Shown here one piece after another: positions 25,381 to 38,810 of a DNA stretch of 64,000 bases. The position numbers and the translations under genes were made by a program. Under the pieces are notes generated by a model. It saw only the letters and a program-made list of their open reading frames with translations, was not told where the DNA came from and did no database searches. Within the stretch, counting starts at the first letter, position 1, and each line of letters begins with the position of its first letter. This stretch comes from Octopus vulgaris. Lineage: Eukaryota. The stretch covers positions 6,944,001-7,008,000 of the forward strand of contig OX597821.1 of assembly GCA_951406725.2 (NCBI GenBank), read 5' to 3'.

Positions 25381-25961
25381 GTGGAGGCGCAATGGCCCAG
25401 TGGTTAGGGCAGCGGACTCGCGGTCGTAAGAACGCGGTTTCGATTCCCAGACCCGGCATCATGTGTGTTTATTGAGCGAAAACACCTAAGCTCCACGAGG
25501 CTCCGGCGGGGGAGGGTGGTGAACCCCGCTGTACTCTTTCACCACAACTTTCTCTTACTCTTTCTTCCTACTTCTGCCAAAGCAGAAGAACCAAAGCAGA
25601 GGAACCATGGTGTAACTAACTATGGTGTGGTAAACTTTCAGACCCTAGTCTAGATTGCGAATCCTCTGTACCCCTGGATGGTTTAGCTCTTCACCCTTAA
25701 AAAGCCACCGTTTACGGAATGAGGATAACAACGTAGCTTTCGCGCCCGTGCAACCGCCAGTCTATCGCGTGTGGCTGGTGGATCTTCAAGTTGCTACACG
25801 CATTCTTAGTAGCCTAGAGTAGGCTCGAATTAGAGATTATTCTTTGTGGTTAATGGCGTGAGTCCTGATTGGAAGAAGAAGAAGAAGAAGAAGAAGAAGA
25901 AGAAGAAGAAGAAGAAGAAGAAGAAGAAGAAGAAGAAGAAGAAGAAGAAGAAGAAGAAGAA
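25381..25961 (+). mobile_element. SINE family C (tRNA head) with 3' tail ending in (AAG)n
   Basis: TGGCCCAGTGG (A box) and GGTTTCGATTCC (B box). The head and body match 45402-45795(-). Confidence 0.75.
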
Positions 25962-26469
25962 GACAGCAACAACTGCAACTATTTTACTGAAAAATGAATA
26001 CTCTCAAGAAACAGCAAAAACGAAGACGACGACAACAACAACAACAACAGCAAAAGCAACCAGGATAACAACTAGTAACAGAACACTTAAAATGAATGCT
26101 CCAAAATAACAGCAGCAAGGACGACTAAAAAAACCGCAACAACAGAAACAACAATAAAAATTCTACAAAAACAACTACAACACCAACATTATCAAATACT
26201 GCACCAAAACTGTCTTTCTTCTACTAAAACAAGTCGGAAATTGTTGTGTGAGCCTTGACAGTTAAATAAGAAATTTAATATTTAAAGAAAGCAAAACTAA
26301 ATATGGCGAACAAAACGATCGTGGAAGCCATTTTGAATGGCGTTGTTTTGTTATTTTGGTGATATGAAGCGGAACAAGATTACATTGTTAACTTATTTTA
26401 AAAGATACGTTCCACTTGAGTGGAATAATTTTCGAAAATGAAAATAGGCATCTAACAATCGGCACATAT

Positions 26470-27078
26470 ACACTCATATGTGTATATAAATGCAGATGAA
26501 TACACACACAGATGCACACTCACACACACACAAAACACATACATACACACAAACACGCACACAAACACACACATACGCACGCACACACATACACGAACAC
26601 ACACATACACACGCACATATGCACACGCGCACACACACACATATATATATACGCATGGACACACACATACACGCACACACATACACGCGCATACACATAC
26701 ACAGACACACACACATATATATATATACGCACACCCGTGCACATATGCACGCACACACATATGCACATACATGCACACATGTACACATATACATTTCCAC
26801 ACGTATATACAAACGGATACAGTGTACACTAGTATGCGCGTAGACACATATACGAATACACATACGTACATATACAAGTACACACACATATACGAGTACA
26901 TAAGCTTACACGTGTGCACACATTCATACATGCGTACATAAACTACTATGAATATATGTATACAGGTAGGTATGTGTGTATACGCGTGTACATATATATT
27001 TGTACATACACATACACACGTACTCATATACAAACACACACGAATGAAAACAAACCAACACAAAAAACATACACATAT
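26470..27078. repeat. Degenerate (CA)/(CATA) microsatellite field
   Basis: Direct reading. Confidence 0.95.
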
Positions 27079-27189
27079 GGCAAAAATGAGTAATCCTGCG
27101 ACGGACCGGGGTACTGTCCGGGTGGGGAATTTATAGGCCATGGAAAGTGAGGAACCGGTCCTTATGAGTCGGCAGTATGACGCGAGAAG

Positions 27190-27560
27190 GTAACTTTATC
27201 TTACCAAACTCTTCTTGTGCCAATTCCATCGTGGTAACCAAATACTTGTCAGAGATGGGTATCGTAACTATCTGTCTCTCACTATAGCCCAGACCTTGCT
27301 CGCTGTGACCTTTTGTTGGTCCCTAAGCTGATGGAGACCCTGAGACGGAGTCGTTTTGAGGAGCTTGAAAAGATGGAGGCTGTTAGAGGAACCCTATATA
27401 CCTTCACTTTGGAGAATTTACAAGAGACCTTCACGAAATGGCTGGAGCAGTACAAGTACGTTGAAGTCACAAGGTCTTACTTCAGAAGGAGACTAGAGTT
27501 TTGTACTTCTTTGAAATTAAACAAATGTCTCTCCTGAAAGAGTTTGGAAATTCTGGAACA
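27190..27560 (+). mobile_element. mariner 3' fragment
   Basis: YSPDLARCDLLLVPKL...FTKWLEQYK. Confidence 0.75.
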
Positions 27561-27679
27561 ATTGTAATGATTTTAAATAAAGAATGTCCTTCATTCCATT
27601 TTGTATCATCGATCTATTTATATAAACTCTATGGCATCTATATATTTATATAAACTCTATGGATACTATCAAATTCCTG

Positions 27680-28190
27680 ATGTTCCGAGACTTTTTCAAG
27701 AGAGACACTAATTAATTTCAAAGAAATACAAATCTTTAATCTTCAAAGTAGAATTTTCTGTCTTCGACGCACTTGTACTGCTCCAGCCACTTCGTGAAGG
27801 CCCAATGGAAGTTCCCACTGTAAAGGTATCCAGGACACATACCATAGCTTCCCTCAAGTTCAAAACGACTGCCTCTGATATTTTCCTTCATCCTATGGAG
27901 CAACAAAAAGACATAGGGAGCAACGCCTGGAGGACCGTAGTGAGGGTGAGAAATAGTTTTGATATCCATCTCTGTCAAGAATGCTCGTTACTGAGTTCTA
28001 TCGGAACAAACTTTGCATCAATTTTGAGCATATTCAGATCTTCATGAATAATTCTGTCTAGATTTGCCACACCAACTCCAAATTGTATGCCTATTGTCTT
28101 TACGGATAGATGAAGGTCTCCGTCCAGAAAATTGCGTATTTTCTCAACCATCATTGAAGTTATGACACCCCTTTTCGTCTCACACTTCTC
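27680..28190 (-). mobile_element. mariner fragment, internally deleted, tail-to-tail with 27190
   Basis: EMDIKTISHPHY...ENIRGSRF...FTKWLEQYKCVE, homologous to the + copy. Confidence 0.7.
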
Positions 28191-28244
28191 ATTGTCTCTT
28201 ACCTCCTTTCTATCACTATTGAAACTTCCAGTTCTATATTTAAG

Positions 28245-28360
28245 AGATGAGGAATTATGTACATTATTTACATTATGTACATTCGGCGGATATTTGTCCT
28301 CATCTTGTTTGTTGTTAACACAACGTTTCAGCTGATATACACTCCAGCCTTTATCATCAA
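28245..28360 (-). mobile_element. Penelope-like end with degenerate hammerhead core
   Basis: Minus strand TGATGA-TAA-AGGCTGG..TCAGCT-GAAACGTTG, with palindromic AACGTT. Confidence 0.45.
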
Positions 28361-28375
28361 AATTTCAACCTGGTG

Positions 28376-28463
<88 letters not shown>

Positions 28464-28536
28464 GAGTGAGAGAGCTTGGGAAAATTTCGAACCTGGGTTC
28501 TCATTCCCATCCCGCTCAAGGTATTTTTTAAGGATG

Positions 28537-28630
<94 letters not shown>

Positions 28631-28631
28631 C

Positions 28632-28861
<230 letters not shown>

Positions 28862-29715
28862 GATGTAAAGAATGTATCATTGAACCTCTTGTTCCAGTGA
28901 AGAATCCAATCAATAAACAGCCTGGCGTATTTTATAAGTCTTCGTAACGTTTTTTACCCAGTTAGACACAAAACATTTATTGCATATTTAGCTTCCAAAC
29001 GTCCCAACTGCATTCTGCAAACTGGTCAGTTGTGCGAAGCCGTGTTCGGCAGGGTGTGTTCATGGTGTTATTACAGCCGTCTCCTTCAATCTGGAATGAC
29101 AAAAGTTGGCATGTCAGCTTATTAGATATACTAAAATTACGAAAATCTAGGAAAGTAGTAACTGCCTTTCCTAAAAAGAGAGTCTTAAAACTTTTGGAAT
29201 GCACTTCGTATGTACATATTATACATATGACGACGTTATAGCTTCATCTTTGGTGATTGATTGGTTTGGAAAAAAACTGCAATTTCTAATCTTCTTTGCT
29301 TAAAATACATCATATTTCATCATTTATATTGCTCTATCTCTTTAACATATTTACGCACGCACACACACATACACACATACACACACACACACACACACAT
29401 ACACACACACACGACATGTATGTATGTGTGTATGTATGCATGTATGTATATAATATATATATCTATATATCTACATACATACTCTCCTTAACTTCTTACA
29501 TAATTTTGCATACATACACACACTATATTGCGCCAAGCTGTTTACATTAATTTTTATGTATATATATATATATATATATATTCATATTATGGTATGCGTG
29601 TGTGTATACGTATATATATGTTTATACAGACGCACGCGCGCACACACACACACACATTTAACTTTTGTATTATTGATATAATGACCCTTCCAAGATGCTA
29701 CACAATATATCATAA

Positions 29716-29749
<34 letters not shown>

Positions 29750-30330
29750 CTCACCCCCCCCCCTCTTTTCCACAGCTTTTATAATACGCACATATGAAGC
29801 CATAATAATAATTAATAAAATTGGTAAGCAACAGGAGAAGAAGATGCAGTTCAGCTCTAGGGTGAGTAAAAGAACTGATGTCGCTAATAACTCATAAATA
29901 CTAAATACTACATATATACAGATACGAACTCTTACACTCGGATGTTTCCATAAATACGAAACTACATACATACATACTAACTTTAGTGCCAAATTCGCGT
30001 CTTTATGCGAATCAAGCTACACTACTCTATATAATGTATTAATAAGGTACGCTTACTCTCATCTTCTGTCCTAAGAGAAAATAGGCTCGGACCCAGTTTG
30101 AGTTCGTGTATGATGAATGCATGATGAAAGACATTCCCACGATGACCTTCTCTTCTTTTTCGTGGTTACCGGATTATTTTATCTAATGCGTCTATTTCTC
30201 TACCCGAAATGACAGGGTGTGATTCGAGAATCACTTTCCTGCTATTTATAAGTATGCCGAGTGACCATATAGAAGCAAACCTAGACCCTTTAGTTTTTGC
30301 AATATTCGGAGGCCCCATATTAAGGCTTGT

Positions 30331-30655
30331 GAGGGCGCGTGGCTTAGTGGTTAGGGCATTCGGCTCATGATCGTAAGGTTGTGAGTTCGATTCCCGACGA
30401 CGCGTTGTGTCCTTGAGCAAGACACTTTATTTCACGTTGCTCCAGTCCACTCAGCTGGCAAAAATGAGTTGTACTTGTATTTCAAAGGGTCAGCCTTGTC
30501 ACTCTCTGTGTCACGCTGATTATCCGCGAGAACTACGTTAAGGGTACACGTGTCTGTGGAATGCTCAGCCATTTGCACGTTAATTTCACGAGCAAGCTGT
30601 TCCGTTGATCGTATCAGCTGGGACCCTCGTCATCGTAACCGGCGGAGTCTTTTTT
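30331..30655 (+). mobile_element. SINE family D (tRNA head plus GTGTCCTTGAGCAAGACAC central domain)
   Basis: A box TGGCTTAGTGG, B box GAGTTCGATTCC. Reverse copies at about 41745-42060 and 61365-61655. Confidence 0.85.
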
Positions 30656-31908
30656 TAATTAAGGCTTGTATTCAGCACTGCAAGTTAACGCAAACATTCG
30701 CTTGGATGTGTCAGAGCTCCCACAATACACATCGGTTAGCTGAACCTCTGTCGTTGTATATCTAAGTGATGGTCAGCCACAGTTAGAACCTCTATAGCTA
30801 TTTCAATAGCAATAGAGTTGTATGGTCAACGAGCTCCAACTATGACTACCCCGTCTTTTTCTTTGACCATGTTATCACATATCCTTTTTTAAAACAATAG
30901 AGCTTGATTTGTGAGGGATAGGTTTGACTGCTATTTCTACCTTGTTCATCTACTCTTTTTAGCCGTCGGTAGTCGTGCGTATTTGCCAAAGCTTCACCAT
31001 GCTAAGAATTTGGCCAGTTTCAACTAAAATAGATTTTAAACAATTCTTTCACATTCTTATTCTGAAGACATCTGTTTAATATTCTGTTGAATAGACAATA
31101 TCAATACTGGGTGACTTGAAAACTCGGTCAATAACGTTACGTTTTCAACTAATTAACAGCAGATTTTAATTATAGGCACGACTCCAAATTGCTTTCTAGT
31201 TATTTTTAAAATCAGCATTCGACATAGGAAAAAGACCATTAATAATTTAGAATCACCATCAAATTTGTGTAAGAAAAGACTTCAACGATACGCCAAAACA
31301 ACTATTATTGATTTCTGACGAAGGAAAAGCTATCAGCTTTATAATAGAGAAGAAATAATATTTTGTGTGTTGAATTGACTGTTCTTCTTTTCTCTGTATA
31401 TATAACCACGAGTAAGAAATAGAGCGAATAGCATTCAACCGAGAGATGAAACTGATATCCACATTGCACAAAACAAAATGGGAAGGAACTACCACGCAAT
31501 CGCTCAAACTGCATGAAACAGCAGCCAAATCGCCTTCAATTTCTCACTTTACATTCTTAAATAAGGAAGGTACACATAGAATAAATTAGTCCAATGTACT
31601 ATTAGAAAGAAGATATGGTCACAGTTGGACCGCTTTTGATTATTTGTCTTGAGAGCCACGCCACACAAATCAACTGCGAAATGAGTTCAAATCCTAATGA
31701 GCTTACTTTTTCCTTTCAGCCTTTGCCAAGTCAATAAAATAAATATGGCGGTGGATTGGCGGAATTTTTAGTGTTACACAAAATACTTTGTAGAATTTCT
31801 TTTGGCTTTTTAGATTTTGATTGCACCAATAAAGCACGAATGCGAGCTGTCTCGGTTCTTGACTTTCTCTTGGACAACTTTGGCGAATAAAGAAGGGAGA
31901 TTTGTTGC

Positions 31909-31976
31909 ATGGGCAACTGCTGGACATTTTTCAGAAAGGCTCACCTAAGCCTGGTCTCTGTAAAAAAAAATTTCAG
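31909..31976 (+). CDS. Candidate first coding exon (MGNCWTFFRKAHLSLVSVKKNF), possibly RTE 5'-UTR-derived
   Basis: In-frame TAA 18 nt upstream, donor CAG|GTAAAG, phase 2. The Kozak context is weak and the sequence resembles an RTE 5' UTR. Confidence 0.25.
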
Positions 31977-33010
31977 GTAAAGATAAGTAGTCAACCGCAA
32001 CTGACAGAAGCCTTAAAATTATGGTCGTACTATTAGGCAAAATATGATACATTAGTGGAATAAAATGTGTGACATAACATTTAAGAATATGTTGGCCAAA
32101 GGAGGTAATACCTGTAACTATATACAATATCAAATACGCTAAACACGGATGTAGATATTATCCTTCTCATTGTATGAATCGATGACTACAAGCACGCAAA
32201 AGAATTTCTAAACCTTGATACATATCTCCAGTTCATAAAGATATACATATTCCTTCACGTAGAAACATAAAGGATTTAGTAAAAATTCTGTTAAAGTTGG
32301 TTGCAGATGTTTGTTAGTATAGGATCACAAATCTCTAATCATAAACAAGTATCCAGACACACGAGGCAATCATCCCCACCTCTTAGTTGCATGTGTAGAA
32401 GTATAAATTACTCTCTTCTTGAATGAAAATATTGGTCGAAAGAGCTAATATAGGAGTCAGCGTACAATCAGTTCATTGCACGAAAAATACGCATGTCGGG
32501 TTGCTTCCTTAAAAACTTCCAATACGTAGTATATCCATTCGTTCTAATATAGGAATAAGTGCAATTTTACTTCCTTCGCGAAGTATATTTGTTCTCTAAG
32601 ATACAAAAGTGGAAGCAATACCACGTTGTAACAGAGCATAACTGCTCGGTAGTGATTTCTATTTACGCACAATTGGGATTTTAGTCTACATTTGATGTTT
32701 AACATGTTGAATATAAAAAGAGAACCATTCTCTTCTTACCAGAGGAAAACAAAACGGAATAAATGGAAGAAGAGAAGACACGTGGGATAGAGAGTTGCTC
32801 AAGAATTCATAGAATGTGTAACGAAAGAGCTTTGACCAAAAAGCTAAAATAATGAAAATAAAGCTGAAGTGAAGGCCAAATATGTTCTGCGTGTGTTTAA
32901 TTAGCAAAATGTGACCATCTCAAGTATAGCAACATTCTCTTCTAATTTGCACAGAAACAAATTTAAATTCAAATATTTCAAATATATTCTTTTTTTCAGT
33001 TGCTTTCCAG

Positions 33011-33067
33011 TAACAAACCAGTTGATTATGCAAGAGATATACCCGAAATCCGATATTCAAAATATAA
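33011..33067 (+). CDS. Candidate 57-nt symmetric exon ((S)NKPVDYARDIPEIRYSKY)
   Basis: Acceptor tctttttttcagttgctttccAG, donor AA|GTACGT, phase 2-2, open. Confidence 0.35.
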
Positions 33068-33575
33068 GTACGTCTGTATGATTTGAAAATGTAATTTCAT
33101 AACAAATGCGTTGTTTCCACTTAAAATTTTCCACTCCTTCGACAAAACGGTTCAACATATTTTTGACAGTCAGCGTAGGGACTGAGTTATTCGTCACGAA
33201 TAATTTAAGATCTGTAGTGTGTAACTTGAAAATGCAATCCGTCAAGACGAAGAAGAGGATTAGCTCCACGTGAGTTGTGTTCACTTTCAAATTGGACAAA
33301 TATTTCATATTCGGGGCGCCAGGATTAACACTCAAGCTTTAATTTTGTTACGAATTACTTTAAAATGTAATTCTAGCTATATACAGGAGACAATAATCTT
33401 CATTCAAGTCACACAACCCTTATCACTTGCGAAGGAGCGTGGTCTAAGAGGTAGGTTGTTGCATTCGCGATCTTGCGATCGGGGTTTTCATTCCCCGATC
33501 TGAGAGGTGGGTTGTGTTCTTAAAATAATTCTTCATTACCCGATGCTTATTCCATACACACACACACACACACAC

Positions 33576-33619
<44 letters not shown>

Positions 33620-33648
33620 CCTTGTCACACACACACACACACACACAC

Positions 33649-33694
<46 letters not shown>

Positions 33695-33931
33695 CATAAT
33701 ACATTTAAACACGTTAAGAGGATCAACCGGAACCCTCGTCGTCTAGAAGGAACAGCTAAAGTTCAAAGCTGTTCCTTCTAGCGTAAGGATGGATACCTCT
33801 TAATGTGTTTAAATGTACACTGTATTTTGTATGAGTAATATATAGTGTATTGACTATTTTTCTGTACGCCAGGCCACTGGTAGTAAAAATTTCTAAAATC
33901 TTTATTAATTATATAAATATATATTAATTAT

Positions 33932-34333
33932 AGGCGCAGGAGTGGCTGTGTGGTAAGTAGCTTGTTTACCAACCACATGGTTCCGGGTTCAGTCCACTGC
34001 GTGGCACCTTGGGCAAGTGTCTTCTAATAGCCTCGGAGCCGACCAATGCCTTGTGAGTGGATTTGGTAGACGGAAACTGAAAGAAGCCCGTCGTATATAT
34101 GTATATATATGCGTGTGTGTGTTTGTGTGTCTGTGTTTGTCACCCTAGCATTGCTTGACAACCGATGCTGGTGTGTTTATGTCCCCGTTATTTTGCGGTT
34201 CGGCAAAAGAGACCGATAGAATAAGTACTGGGCTTACAAAAGAATAAGTCCCGGTGTCGAGTTGCTCGATTAAAGGTGGTGCTCCAGCATGGCCGCAGTC
34301 AAATGACTGAAACAAGTAAAAGAGTAAAAGAGT
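33932..34333 (+). mobile_element. SINE family A, full length with TSD
   Basis: A and B boxes, CCTTGGGCAAG core, tail (GTAAAAGA)n. ATATATATTAATTATA is repeated at 33917-33932 and 34338-34353. Confidence 0.92.
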
Positions 34334-35623
34334 ATATATATATATTAATTATATATATATAACACATATATACATAGATATAAATGACTATATATATACA
34401 CACACACAGAAACACAAACACAAACACACAAACACAAACACAAACACACACACACACGCGCACACACATACATTACATATAGTATATATCATTTTAATTT
34501 AATTGGCCATGCTGTAGCACCATTTTGAATAATTGTAGCCGAACGAATCGACCCTATTACTTACCTTTTTAAGCCTGGTACTTATACTGTCAGTTTCTAT
34601 TACCGAACCACTAAGTTACGGAGACGTGAACACACCAACACCGGTTGTCAAGCAGTAGTGGGGGACAAACGCAGACCTAAAAACACACACGCGAGCTTGG
34701 GATTGTGGTTTCGATATACGGACTGAGAGGTGTGTTGTTTTCTTGAGCAAGGCACTTCATTTCACCTTGCTCCATTCCACACCGCGACGGACCGGCGTCC
34801 CTTTTGACAGAAATGTTGTGACCCCAATCACTTATACGCTATGAAAACCGGGTAACTGGCTTTATGGATTCAAGAATCGAAACAGTGATGCCCAGTCTCT
34901 GACAATTCAACGAAACCTCAAGCCCCACCTCGAGTGGATGAAAAGCAAAGGTGACCTCGATGGAAATTTGAGCTCAAAGTGTATAAGCAGGTGGAAAAAA
35001 TACTTTGTTCGACGCCCTAACAATATAGCCACGTCGTTGCTTTAGCTTGTCGCTCATACTGTCAAAAAATGCAGGAAACCAATGTAATTGGTCCGCTTGA
35101 AAACATGTATAGTTTACGACGCAATTGTATGCCGCTTACGAAATAAATAATAATAAAAATACGATATATTTTGGACAGTTTAGATAGAATTACGAGATAG
35201 GATGAAGTGAGTCATACCATTGAGGAGATCCGTACAAATGCCTTCACTTATAATTATCAATATATCACAATAGCAGACAGTTGTAGGAAATAAGGAAAAT
35301 GATTTATTAGGATTATGAGGAAGAGACTATGAAATATGATCTTTCAGATATGTGCTGATATAATACATGTATGGATATAAAGATACACACACGCACACAC
35401 AGATACTTACATAAGCATATGTGTGCGCATGTGTATGTGAAAGGGAGAGAGAGAAAGGGAGCGAGTTGTGTGGTGAGTGTTTAAGTGATAAGTGCCAACG
35501 CACGAATCACTCCGCCCTCCCTTGTGTTACTCTGTTCGTTCTGCTAAATATTAATGAAAATATGCATATGTTAATATTTTGAGCTCTATTTTTCCTGTTT
35601 GCATTACCAAAACCACACACACA

Positions 35624-35698
<75 letters not shown>

Positions 35699-35700
<2 letters not shown>

Positions 35701-36129
35701 GGTAGCGATTTTCTTCACTACTACAGGGAGTGATGACCCTGCCTGACACGAGTTCCGGGCTCAGCTGGCTCCGGCTGACAGTACCCAGTATGGGCCCCTA
35801 TCCAGGATTACGGAAAGGAGACAACCTTCAAAGAAATCCGGAGTGGAGCCCCGTAGACGTTCTAGTGTTCGGCTTGACACTCTTCCGGCAGCTCCTGCAA
35901 CCAAGCTGGTGCCCAACGTAGGGTCCTACCTTCCTTTGGACTCCGTCAGCAAGGTCGAGAGAGGAATCCTGACGATTGGGGTACCCAGGATTTGCTTACA
36001 TCTAGCCGAGGCCTGCGCAAAACTGGAGAGGAAACTGGAGAGGACATGAAATGTAAAAACCAGACTGGATTAGTTCATGCGCAACTCTATTGTCTCCCGA
36101 GATAAAAGGATGCCAACAACAACAACAAT

Positions 36130-36132
<3 letters not shown>
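35699..36132 (+). mobile_element. Non-autonomous RTE-derived element (5' UTR fused to 3' tail) in (TA)n
   Basis: GC-richer block containing AAATCCGGAGTGGAGCCCC..GGCAGCTCCTGCAACCAAGCTGGTGCC, recalled as RTE 5' UTR-like. (CAA)n tail, (TA)n flanks. Confidence 0.5.
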
Positions 36133-36184
<52 letters not shown>

Positions 36185-37504
36185 TTGATTCAGTCATTAG
36201 AGTCCAGCCATGCAGTAGCACCACCTTGAAGAATTTAGTCCAACAAATCGACCCCAGTATTTATTCTATCGGTCTCTTTTGCCGAACCACTATGTTACAG
36301 AGACGCTAACAAACTAAAAGCGGTTGTGAAGCAGCGATGTGAGAGAAGCATAGGCAAAAAAGTACACATATTCACGCGCACACAGACACACGCAACTGCA
36401 CAAACACACACACATACATATATATACATATAAAATTGAGAATGTCTGTCTGTATGTGTGCGCCTCTAAAACAACCGAACGGAATTCATTCAAATATTAC
36501 ACATGCCTTACATAGGATCCATGCAGTGTCAAGGGCCAAACAGAATTTTCAACTTCTTGCCTTATGCGAGCTCGAAGCAATCTCTTATCTCTTACACTAT
36601 TTCAGTATGACGTGTCGAAAGTGAAACAATAACATATTCATTGTAATGTGGGATAATACTATCAGTTTTAATAACGAAACTATTAATACTTTCATTATAT
36701 ATATATGGTAGTTTCATTTTTATTACTTTCACTATGATATATTTATATATGTATATGTATGCATGTACATGCATGCATATGCATATATATGTATGCATAT
36801 AAACTGGTCGTGTGCATACGTGCATATATATGTATGTATACGTTCGTATAGGTAAGTATATCGTATGTTGTATATATATTTGTATTTATGTGCTATCTGA
36901 GTATATTCCACTGATGAAGGCAGAGCATTTCTTATACAGAGTCAGAAATCCGGGATCTGGAATTATCCAGTAATTTTTTTGCTAGTTTATTTTGTCTCTT
37001 TGTCTTCTCTCCTGGTGCTGTATGAACATTTTAATGTGGATTTAGAGTCAAGTTTTGACTGCTATTTCCAGCGTGGTTGTATCTCTTAGATATCCTAAAT
37101 TATAATTTATATACATACATATATATACATATATATATACATACATATATACATACATATGTATATATGTATATATTTATATATATATGGCAATTTCTGT
37201 CTGCTACCATCTTACTGCCTAAACCAGTGAACCGAACATGTTAAACTAACATACAGTTCAATTAGGCTAAAGGATCCCCTATGGGAGGGGGGGGGGCTAT
37301 TATATGATAAAATGAGAAGGGTGCAAAAGTGTTAGGTTGAGGGAAATGTGGTGGCGTAATGAGGGTGGCTGATACCAATGAAGGGGAGGATACAGGAAGA
37401 AACAGAGACAGGGAATGTGAGGGACAGAGAGAGACAGGGACAGAGCGGGAGAGAGAGAATGTGTTTACTGAATTTTTACCTTTCAGTTAACGCATGCGCT
37501 TTAG

Positions 37505-37579
37505 TGAATTAACTATCGTCTGCTCAGTCAAAACTTTTATGACATCTCCAACAACAGATGTAGAACTAATAAATGAAAG
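37505..37579 (+). CDS. Candidate repeat exon 1 (ELTIVCSVKTFMTSPTTDVELINE)
   Basis: TTAAC branch-like motif, TTTAG acceptor, AAG|GTAAGC donor, 75 nt, phase 2-2, open. Confidence 0.5.
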
Positions 37580-37872
37580 GTAAGCTGTTTTTATATTTGT
37601 TTTGTATTTACCGTATTAAGATTTATTGAAACTTTATCGAAGTACTGAAATAATAAAACTATAGATACTGTCTTACCCCCGCAGATAGGTCTCTTGATCA
37701 GGACAGACTTGTGCAGTTTTTTGTAATGAGGTTGGCTCATATCAGGGAAGGGAACGAGAGAGGAAGAAACAGAGAGAGAGGAAATGTAAGAAGCAAAGAG
37801 AGATGGGGACAGAACGGGAGAGAGAGAATGTATTTACTGAATTTTATCTATTAGTTAACGCATGCGCTTTAG

Positions 37873-37947
37873 TGAATTAACTATCGTAAGCTCAGTCGAA
37901 ACTTTTACAATATCTGCAACAACAGATATAAAACTAACAAGTGAAAG
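37873..37947 (+). CDS. Candidate repeat exon 2 (ELTIVSSVETFTISATTDIKLTSE)
   Basis: Same acceptor context, AAG|GTAAAG donor, 75 nt, open. Confidence 0.5.
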
Positions 37948-38237
37948 GTAAAGTGCTTTTATGTTTGTTTTATTAAAACTTTACTAACGTATTGAAACAA
38001 TAAAACTATGGATAATGTCCTTCATTTTCTTCCATAGACAAATGTTAAACTAACATCCAGTTCAGTTTATAGGCTAATTGGATTTCAATAAAAATCACTA
38101 ATGGGCCCCGACGGGGATTGGGCTATTATATGATAGAATGAGAAGCGTGCAAAAGTGTTAGGTTGAGGGAAATGTGGTAGCATAATGAGGGGGGCGATAA
38201 CAGGGCAGAAGAGGAGACGGGAAAAGACAGAAAGATA

Positions 38238-38636
38238 GGCGCAGGAGTGGCTGTGTGGTAAGTAGCTTGCTAACCAACTACATGGTTCCGGGTTCAGTCT
38301 CGCTGCGTGGCATCTTGGGCAAGTGTCTTCTGCTATAGCCTCGGGTCGACCAATGCCTTGTGAGTGGATTTGGTGGACGGAAACTGAAAGAAGCCTGTCG
38401 TATATATGTATATATAGATGTGTGTGTGTTTGTGTGTCTGTGTTTGTCCCCCTAGCATTGCTTGACAACCGATGCTGGTGTGTTTACGTCCCCGTCACTT
38501 AGCGGTTCGGCAAAAGCGACCAATAGAATAAGTACTGGGCTTACAAAGAATATGTCCCGGGGTTGATTTGCTCGACTAAAGGCGGTGCTCCAGCATGGCC
38601 GCAGTCAAATGACTGAAACATGTAAAAAAAAAAAAA
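38238..38636 (+). mobile_element. SINE family A, full length, poly(A), with TSD
   Basis: AAAGATA at 38231-38237 and 38637-38643. It interrupts only the third duplicated unit. Confidence 0.92.
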
Positions 38637-38735
38637 AAAGATAGGGAATATGAGAGACAGAGAGCGACAGGGCGGGAGGGAGAGAGAGAATATTTTTACT
38701 GAATTTTTACCTTTCAGTTAACGCATGCGCTTTAG

Positions 38736-38810
38736 TGGATTAACTATCGTATCCTCAATCAAAACTTTTACAACATCTCCAACAACAGATGTAAAACTTA
38801 CAAATGAAAG
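38736..38810 (+). CDS. Candidate repeat exon 3 (GLTIVSSIKTFTTSPTTDVKLTNE)
   Basis: Same acceptor, AAG|GTAAAT donor, 75 nt, open. Confidence 0.5.

Noticed and set aside
26452-27141. 229-aa Cys/Val-rich ORF
   Set aside because: Translation of a (TG)/(TATG) microsatellite.
30331-30405. Functional tRNA genes at SINE heads (also 25381, 33932)
   Set aside because: A and B boxes are present, but each continues into a SINE body without a proper acceptor stem.
37487-37579. 93-nt exon using the upstream TTTCAG acceptor
   Set aside because: Stops in all three frames, and the acceptor is degraded in copy 2. The downstream TTTAG gives an open frame in all copies.
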